63,519 nucleotides of DNA from a virus (lineage: Duplodnaviria; Caudoviricetes), in IMG/VR virus record IMGVR_UViG_3300022602_003808, positions 1-63,519 of that record. One strand, written 5' to 3'. This document shows positions 57,766 to 63,519 of this stretch, piece after piece; the first letter of the stretch is position 1; every line of letters starts with the position of its first letter. The notes under the pieces are model-generated. The model saw nothing but the letters and a program-made list of their open reading frames with translations, made no database searches and had not been told where the DNA came from. The translations under genes and the position numbers were made by a program.

Positions 57766-58425
57766 ATGTTCTACAAACTTATAACTCAGACCCCTATTTG
57801 CGAAGGTCTAGATTATTTAATCGAAGAAGGCAATAAAGATAAGCCTGCGAATATTTATGTTTCTGGGGTTTATATGGTAGCGGAAGAAAAAAACCGCAAC
57901 AATCGTATTTACAGCCGTGAAGAAATGGCTCAAGAAGTAGAGCGTTACAATAATGAATTTGTTAAAACAAACAGAGCTTTAGGTGAACTTGAACACCCAA
58001 ATAGCGCTAATGTTAGCAGCGAAAGAGCTTGCCATTTAATTACCGAACTCCGTATGGAAGGTAATGTAGTAAAAGGTAAAAGCAAGGTACTACGCACCCC
58101 ACTAGGCGAAATTATGAGATCGCTAGTTATGGATGGTGTTAAAATGGGTATGAGCTCGAGAGCTTTAGGTACAGTGGAAGATAAGAACGGCACCAACTAT
58201 GTAAGCAATATGAAGCTTATTACAGTTGATGCTGTTGCTGATCCATCTGCACCAGGTGCCTTTGTTAATGGTATACTAGAATCCAAATCTTTTATTATTA
58301 AACAGGACGGTCGCTATGAAGAATGTTATGATACATTCGAAAACAAGCTCAATACGTTACCTAAAAAGGAAGTAGATATCTACCTCAGAGAAGCAATTAT
58401 TCGCTTTATCAACAATCTTAAATAA
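57766..58425 (+). CDS. Prohead protease gp21
   Basis: NRNNRIY, ALGELEHP, GMSSRALG and DAVADPSAP.A. Confidence 0.96.
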   Translation: MFYKLITQTPICEGLDYLIEEGNKDKPANIYVSGVYMVAEEKNRNNRIYSREEMAQEVERYNNEFVKTNRALGELEHPNSANVSSERACHLITELRMEGNVVKGKSKVLRTPLGEIMRSLVMDGVKMGMSSRALGTVEDKNGTNYVSNMKLITVDAVADPSAPGAFVNGILESKSFIIKQDGRYEECYDTFENKLNTLPKKEVDIYLREAIIRFINNLK

Positions 58426-58426
58426 T

Positions 58427-58588
58427 ATGAATCAAAAACAACAGATTGCTAGCTTTATTAAGCACGTAGTTGATAATAACTACTCTGCCGCTAATTCATC
58501 CTTAAAAGCGGTAATAAATGAAAAACTCAAACAACGTATTCAAAAAGCGGATTTAGCTATTACAAATAAAAGCGCAAAAAAATCCTAA
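58427..58588 (+). CDS. Small prohead core protein, gp67-like (not in the ORF track)
   Basis: 53 aa, MNQKQQIASFIKHVVDNNYSAANSSLKAVINEKL..., between gp21 and gp22. Confidence 0.6.
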   Translation: MNQKQQIASFIKHVVDNNYSAANSSLKAVINEKLKQRIQKADLAITNKSAKKS

Positions 58589-58623
58589 TAATAGCAATTA
58601 ATTTACTAAATATTTAACACGAT

Positions 58624-59565
58624 ATGAGCCAAGACATTTCTACAATTCTTAAAGAGGCAACAAAAGACCTCTTATCCGAGGAATCACTAAAAGCAGTTTC
58701 TGAAGCTGTTCAAGTAAAAGTTGACCTCGCTGTTGAAGCCGCTTTAGTTCAACAAGACGAAGAATACTCTTCAAAACTTGAAAAAGTTTTAGAAGCTATT
58801 GATGCTGATCACACAACAAAGCTTACAAAGATTGTCTCTCGTATTGATGAAGTACACGCTTCACAATTCCAGAAAGCACTGAACAAGATCGACGAAGATC
58901 ATTCAGCAAAGCTAAAGAAACTTGTTGGCTTGTATGAAAACGCTCTTAAGGGCGGTGCAGATTCATTTAAGAATTCTGTTGTTGACAATGTATCTTCTTA
59001 TCTCGAACTTTATCTTGATAAAACAATTCCTACAGAGCAAATTGCTGAAGCTACACAAAACACTCGTAACACAAAGATCATTGATGAGATTAAGCGTTTA
59101 GTAAGCTTAGACGAAACATTTGTTAATGAAAGTGTAAAAGAAGCTTTAGTTGACGGAAAGAAACAAATTGATGAAGCTAATGCTCGTGCAGCTCAGGTAG
59201 CAAAGAACGCTCAGCTGTTAAATGAAAAAGTTGAAAAGCTAGAAACTAATCTTTTATTAGAAAGAAAAGTTGCAGCCCTTCCAGCTAATAAAAAATCATA
59301 TGTACAGCGTGTTTTAGCAGAAAAGAGCGCACAATATATTAACGAAAACTTTAACTACGTACTTGAAATGTATGACAAGAGAGAAGAAGAAAATCTTCAA
59401 ACTCTTAAAGAATCCACAAAGCCGAAATCTCAAGGTGTTGATATTATTACAGAATCCAAAGAAGTAAGAAACACAACAAAGTCTTTTAGCACTGCGGATG
59501 AAGATGGCGGTGAGCAGTTCGTAGCTGAGTCTTACGTATCATTACTTAAAAATAGACTTGCTTAA
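58624..59565 (+). CDS. Prohead scaffold gp22
   Basis: Acidic coiled coil before the capsid gene, with LLSEE and VSSYL. Confidence 0.85.
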   Translation: MSQDISTILKEATKDLLSEESLKAVSEAVQVKVDLAVEAALVQQDEEYSSKLEKVLEAIDADHTTKLTKIVSRIDEVHASQFQKALNKIDEDHSAKLKKLVGLYENALKGGADSFKNSVVDNVSSYLELYLDKTIPTEQIAEATQNTRNTKIIDEIKRLVSLDETFVNESVKEALVDGKKQIDEANARAAQVAKNAQLLNEKVEKLETNLLLERKVAALPANKKSYVQRVLAEKSAQYINENFNYVLEMYDKREEENLQTLKESTKPKSQGVDIITESKEVRNTTKSFSTADEDGGEQFVAESYVSLLKNRLA

Positions 59566-59587
59566 TAAATAAATCAGATTTTTATCC

Positions 59588-59614
59588 AAAAGCCCGAGAA
59601 ATCGGGCTTTTTTT
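59588..59614 (+). terminator. Intrinsic terminator after gp22
   Basis: GCCCGA-GAAA-TCGGGC followed by TTTTTTT. Confidence 0.88.
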
Positions 59615-59617
59615 GTG

Positions 59618-59654
59618 TAAGTATATCTACACGTTGAAGTTCTGTTCAGAACTT
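59618..59654 (+). promoter_or_regulatory. Late promoter and 5'-UTR hairpin of gp23
   Basis: TAAGTA, then AAGTTCT-GTTC-AGAACTT. Confidence 0.65.
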
Positions 59655-59684
59655 GAGATATTGTTAGTTAAAAAATTATAAGTT

Positions 59685-61112
59685 ATGCAAAAAACAATTA
59701 AACCTTCACAATCATACATCGACCGTGATCGCGCAAGCCAACTTTTAAAGAAGTGGGCACCATTGCTCGAGCACGCTGATGAAGCAACTCCAGCTATCAA
59801 AGATGATCACACAAAGTTAAACACCGCTATTCTTCTTGAAAATCAAGAAAAGTGGTGCTTTGAAGCTACCAATTCCGCTGCAACAGGTGGCGTATTCGGT
59901 ACAACAACTCCAGGCGCTGCTGGTAACGGCCGCTCGAGCGACTTCTATGCTTCAGGTGATGCTCGTCTACCAAAGATCCTCATCCCGATGATCCGCCGTA
60001 CTTTCCCAGAACTGATCACAAACGAAATCGTTGGTGTTCAGCCTATGAGTGGTCCAGTTGGTCTCGCTTTTGCTCTTCGTTATAAATACGAGGGTACGTC
60101 ATTGGGATCAAATGCTATTGATAACGGACCTTCAAACGCTAACTCAGCTCCAAGCTATTGGGGTAATTCGGGTTACACGAATGAAGTAGGTTGGAACAAC
60201 CTCAATACAGCTTACACCGGTGCTTCTTCAAACTGGTTAGGCGGTAATGGTGACTTCCAGGTTCCAGTACAAGATCAAGGTATTGCTCAACTCTTAGGAA
60301 GCTTTGAATTAACTTCAAACATTCCTCAGATGGTAGTAAGCTTTGAAAAGACAGCTGTTGAAGCTGGTACACGTCGTTTAGCAGCTCGTTGGTCCGTTGA
60401 ACTTGAGCAAGATCTCAAGAATATGAACGGTATCGACATCGACAATGAATTAACGAACGCTATGTCGTACGAAATTCAGGCTGAAATCGACCGTGAAATG
60501 GTAATCCGTATGTGCCAAACAGCACTCAATGCTGGTGTTGGTCAGGGTTATTCATTCTGGAATGCAGCTTCTGCTGATGGCCGTTGGTTAGGTGAACGTA
60601 ACCGTGACTTCTATGCACGTGTTATCGTTGAAGCTAACCGCGTTGCTATTCGTAACCGTCGTGGTGCAGCTAACTTCATCATTGCAACACCTCGTGTTTG
60701 CGCAATGTTTGAAATGCTTCCTGAGTTCCAATGGTTCTCAGTTAACGGTAATGTAAACACACAACCAGTTGGTATTGCTAAAGTTGGTACTGTCGGTGGT
60801 CGTTTCACGATCTACCGTGATACACGTACAGAAGCTCAATATCAGACAGGTCTTCGTGCTTCAGCTCTTGAATATGCTCTATTAGGCTATAAGGGTGCTG
60901 AATACTATGACACTGGTATCGTTTACTGCCCATACATTCCTGTATTAGTACAACGTACAGTTGGTCCTAACGATTTTGCTCCTCGTGTTGGTTTAATGAC
61001 CCGTTATGGCGTTATTGACCATATCTTTGGTGCAGCTCTTTATTACCACCTCATTATCGTTTCCGGCCTCGGTCAGGCATTCGTTCCTGGTACCGCTGCT
61101 CAAATGCTGTAA
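59685..61112 (+). CDS. Major capsid protein gp23
   Basis: KWAPLLE, LLENQ, GVQPMSGPVGLAFALR, ELEQDLK and YCPYIP. Confidence 0.98.
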   Translation: MQKTIKPSQSYIDRDRASQLLKKWAPLLEHADEATPAIKDDHTKLNTAILLENQEKWCFEATNSAATGGVFGTTTPGAAGNGRSSDFYASGDARLPKILIPMIRRTFPELITNEIVGVQPMSGPVGLAFALRYKYEGTSLGSNAIDNGPSNANSAPSYWGNSGYTNEVGWNNLNTAYTGASSNWLGGNGDFQVPVQDQGIAQLLGSFELTSNIPQMVVSFEKTAVEAGTRRLAARWSVELEQDLKNMNGIDIDNELTNAMSYEIQAEIDREMVIRMCQTALNAGVGQGYSFWNAASADGRWLGERNRDFYARVIVEANRVAIRNRRGAANFIIATPRVCAMFEMLPEFQWFSVNGNVNTQPVGIAKVGTVGGRFTIYRDTRTEAQYQTGLRASALEYALLGYKGAEYYDTGIVYCPYIPVLVQRTVGPNDFAPRVGLMTRYGVIDHIFGAALYYHLIIVSGLGQAFVPGTAAQML

Positions 61113-61143
61113 TAAGCATTTATACGGTAAAACGTTTAAAGCA

Positions 61144-61174
61144 AAGAACCCGCCTAGCAATAGGCGGGTTTCTT
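61144..61174. terminator. Bidirectional terminator after gp23
   Basis: AACCCGCCTA-GCAA-TAGGCGGGTT between convergent genes. Confidence 0.85.
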
Positions 61175-61197
61175 ATTGGTTAAAATAAATTAAAAAC

Positions 61198-61542
61198 TTA
61201 TTCGTGACAGTTCCACTTACGTAGAGCTAGTGCTTTACGAGTAGGTTTACCGTTTGGTTTCTTCATTGGACCTTTTACACCAGACATTCTAGCACAAAAG
61301 CTCTTACGACGTTTAGCTGCTTTGCTGCCTGGTTTTAGTTTACTTGGCTTAGTAGTAACAGCCATAGATAAATGAGAGCCTGGGTGCTGTCTACGATAAC
61401 TTGCGATACCCTTACGGTTAAGACCCCCAGAAGGGGATTTCCCGGCTTTCTTTTGCCAGGTAGGTGCGTGACCCTCTACTGGAAAGGTATCCGTAAACTC
61501 TTTTAATAGTTCATTTACTTTTGTATCAAACGTGTTAAACAT
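61198..61542 (-). CDS. Basic late protein (DUF6321-like)
   Basis: WQKKAGKSPSGGLN.KG, RRKSFCARM and LRKWNC. Confidence 0.75.
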   Translation of the reverse strand: MFNTFDTKVNELLKEFTDTFPVEGHAPTWQKKAGKSPSGGLNRKGIASYRRQHPGSHLSMAVTTKPSKLKPGSKAAKRRKSFCARMSGVKGPMKKPNGKPTRKALALRKWNCHE

Positions 61543-61577
61543 ATATATTATTTAGTTTTTAAAGTAAATATATACAG

Positions 61578-62357
61578 ATGAGTAAGAAAAAACGCCTGCA
61601 AAAACAGAAGTTAGCTCAACAAAGCCAAGACAATACACCTGCTACTAAAGACAAAAGTCTTTTAGTACATCAGGCCGATAAATTAGAAAGACCGGTACAG
61701 ATACGACAAAGGCCGGATTTAACAAACAGGCAAAAAGAATTTCTTAAATTAGCATTAGATAACCATACCAAGATTGTTTTTATTACTGGACCTTCTGGTA
61801 GTAGTAAAAGCTTTCTAGCAACATTGGTTGCTTTGGAATTATTAAACCTAAAAAAGGTTTCTGACCTAATATATATACGCAGTATAGTTGAGAGTTCAGA
61901 TAATAAAATGGGATATCTCCCGGGAGATGCTAATGAAAAATTAACTCCCTATCTTGAACCGTTAATGGAGAAGCTTGACGAATTACTCTATAAAGCAGAT
62001 ATCAACACATTAATGAAAGAAGGACGTATAGACGGTAAACCAACAGGTTATCTTCGCGGTCTTTCCTGGAACGCTAAAGCAATTATTATGGACGAAGCTC
62101 AAAACAGTACGTTTAGAGAGCTAACTACATTATTAACCCGTGTAGGTCAGTTCAGTAAACTGTTTATTTGCGGAGACCCAATGCAATCTGATATTAACGG
62201 TAAATCAGGATTTGAAAAAATGTGTAACGTTTTTAACGATGCTGAAAGCCGCGATAAAGGTATCCACGTCTTTACATTAACTGAAGCAGATATTGTACGT
62301 AGTGAAATCGTGCGTTATATTGTAAAAAAATTAGAATTGTATAATAAAAAAGCTTAA
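61578..62357 (+). CDS. phoH: PhoH-family ATPase
   Basis: GPSGSSKS, GYLPG, LRG, DEAQN, GD.MQSD and DIVRS. Confidence 0.95.
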   Translation: MSKKKRLQKQKLAQQSQDNTPATKDKSLLVHQADKLERPVQIRQRPDLTNRQKEFLKLALDNHTKIVFITGPSGSSKSFLATLVALELLNLKKVSDLIYIRSIVESSDNKMGYLPGDANEKLTPYLEPLMEKLDELLYKADINTLMKEGRIDGKPTGYLRGLSWNAKAIIMDEAQNSTFRELTTLLTRVGQFSKLFICGDPMQSDINGKSGFEKMCNVFNDAESRDKGIHVFTLTEADIVRSEIVRYIVKKLELYNKKA

Positions 62358-62465
62358 CTTTTATAAACCCGTGATTTACCGGGCGAATAAAAAATAAAAT
62401 TTTTTTATAGATAAAAAAATAAAAACAGTTACAATGTGTAAATAATATTCCCTGTAACTAGAACT

Positions 62466-63437
62466 ATGATATTCGACGAACAAATCTCTCGCAAACCTAA
62501 TCACTATCCTTGGACAGAGGAATTTATCGAATCTATGCATAACGGATTCTGGACTCATAAAGAGTTTAGTTTTAAATCGGATGTGCAGCAGTTTAAAGTT
62601 AAACTCAATGACCAGGAAAGGGAAATTATAATCCGTACTTTATCCGCTATCGGTCAAATTGAGGTAGCTGTAAAAACGTTCTGGGCTAAGCTCGGTGAAA
62701 ACTTGCCACACCCATCCTTACAGGATCTTGGTTATGTAATGGCTAATACAGAGGTAATTCATAACAATGCTTATGAAAGACTACTCACTGTACTTGGTCT
62801 TGAAGACGTTTTTGAAGAGAATCTTAAACTAGAATGGATACAGGGCCGTGTAAAGTATCTTAAGAAGTACACACACCGTTACTATAAAGACTCAAAGAAG
62901 CAGTATCTCTATGCTCTTATACTCTTCACTCTATTTGTAGAGAATGTTTCTTTAATGAGCCAGTTCTATGTTATTAACTGGTTTGCGCGTAATAAGAACG
63001 TACTCAAAGATACTGATCAACAGGTTAAATACACTCGCAACGAAGAGCATATTCACGCTCTAGTGGGTATGAAAGTTATTAATACTATCAGAGAAGAATA
63101 TCCAGAACTCTTTGACGATGAACTTACAGAAAGAATCCTTGCTGAAGCTAAAGAAGCATACGAAAGTGAAGCAAAAATTATTGATTGGATGGTTAATGGT
63201 AATAATGCAGACGGATTAACTGCAGCTCACCTTAAAGAGTTTGTAAAAGACCGTATTAATGAATCTCTTAGAGGTATTGGTTTCCCAGAGGTATATGAAA
63301 CGGATTCTAAGCTTCTCAAAGATACTTACTGGTTTAACGAAGAATTACTCGGTAACAATATGGTCGACTTTTTTTCGTCCAGGCCCGTTGAATACTCTAA
63401 AAAGTCACAAAGCTTTTCAGAAGACGATTTATTTTAA
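62466..63437 (+). CDS. nrdB: Ribonucleotide reductase beta subunit (class Id-like)
   Basis: QIEVAVKTFW, EVIHNNAY, FVEN and EEHIH. Confidence 0.95.
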   Translation: MIFDEQISRKPNHYPWTEEFIESMHNGFWTHKEFSFKSDVQQFKVKLNDQEREIIIRTLSAIGQIEVAVKTFWAKLGENLPHPSLQDLGYVMANTEVIHNNAYERLLTVLGLEDVFEENLKLEWIQGRVKYLKKYTHRYYKDSKKQYLYALILFTLFVENVSLMSQFYVINWFARNKNVLKDTDQQVKYTRNEEHIHALVGMKVINTIREEYPELFDDELTERILAEAKEAYESEAKIIDWMVNGNNADGLTAAHLKEFVKDRINESLRGIGFPEVYETDSKLLKDTYWFNEELLGNNMVDFFSSRPVEYSKKSQSFSEDDLF

Positions 63438-63463
63438 TAAAAAGTATAGTATAATATATAAAA

Positions 63464-63519
63464 ATGAGTAACAAGAACATTTACTGGTTAAATAGTGATT
63501 CACGCAAATTCCTTGAACG
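63464..63519 (+). CDS. nrdA: Probable RNR alpha subunit, 5' end (truncated by the window)
   Basis: MSNKNIYWLNSDSRKFLE.., directly after nrdB. Confidence 0.7.
   Translation, partial: MSNKNIYWLNSDSRKFLE

Noticed and set aside
2678-63471. Many 60-150 aa ORFs antisense to or nested in recognisable genes (e.g. 2678, 8977, 17182, 24719, 31107, 48606, 51052, 53847, 57259, 60611, 63259)
   Set aside because: Shadow frames of well-supported genes, with no motifs or promoters.
1-63519. Cyanophage identity, or a recoded genetic code
   Set aside because: ho1, halogenases and phoH are shared with cyanophages, but no photosynthesis genes are visible and the ferredoxin type differs. Core genes are full length in the standard code, with TAA, TGA and TAG all used as stops.

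Overview
This window is a 63.5 kb AT-rich segment of a large T4-like (Tevenvirinae-related, divergent) myophage, not cellular DNA. Replication and recombination genes: DNA polymerase gp43, gp41, gp61, gp32, gp45, RNase H, UvsX/Y/W, gp46/47 and the late sigma factor gp55. Virion genes: gp4, gp13, gp15, portal, prohead protease, scaffold, major capsid and a collagen-like fibre. Other genes: PhoH and a class Id-type RNR. The main signal is a complete 7-deazaguanine DNA-modification pathway in four loci (FolE; QueD-QueE; QueC; QueF). A TGT-fold DpdA-like enzyme, a PurN-like formyltransferase, a P-loop kinase and QueF sit directly behind the polymerase, which predicts formyl-preQ1 DNA. Extra enzymes that this pathway does not explain lie beside it: a stand-alone Ntn amidotransferase, a DUF366 ligase-fold protein, a second kinase and about ten glycosyltransferase-like genes, some splitting gp47 from gp46. 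These may form an undescribed hypermodification system. Also seen: a one-piece tmRNA with an unusual T-loop and 27-codon tag, a halogenase/heme oxygenase/sulfotransferase island, apparent absence of CATG, two promoter classes (sigma70-like with a fixed 16-bp spacer, and late TAARTA), a promoter-plus-hairpin origin candidate, and a family of probable internal head proteins. All calls are by-eye motif recognition; no searches were run.
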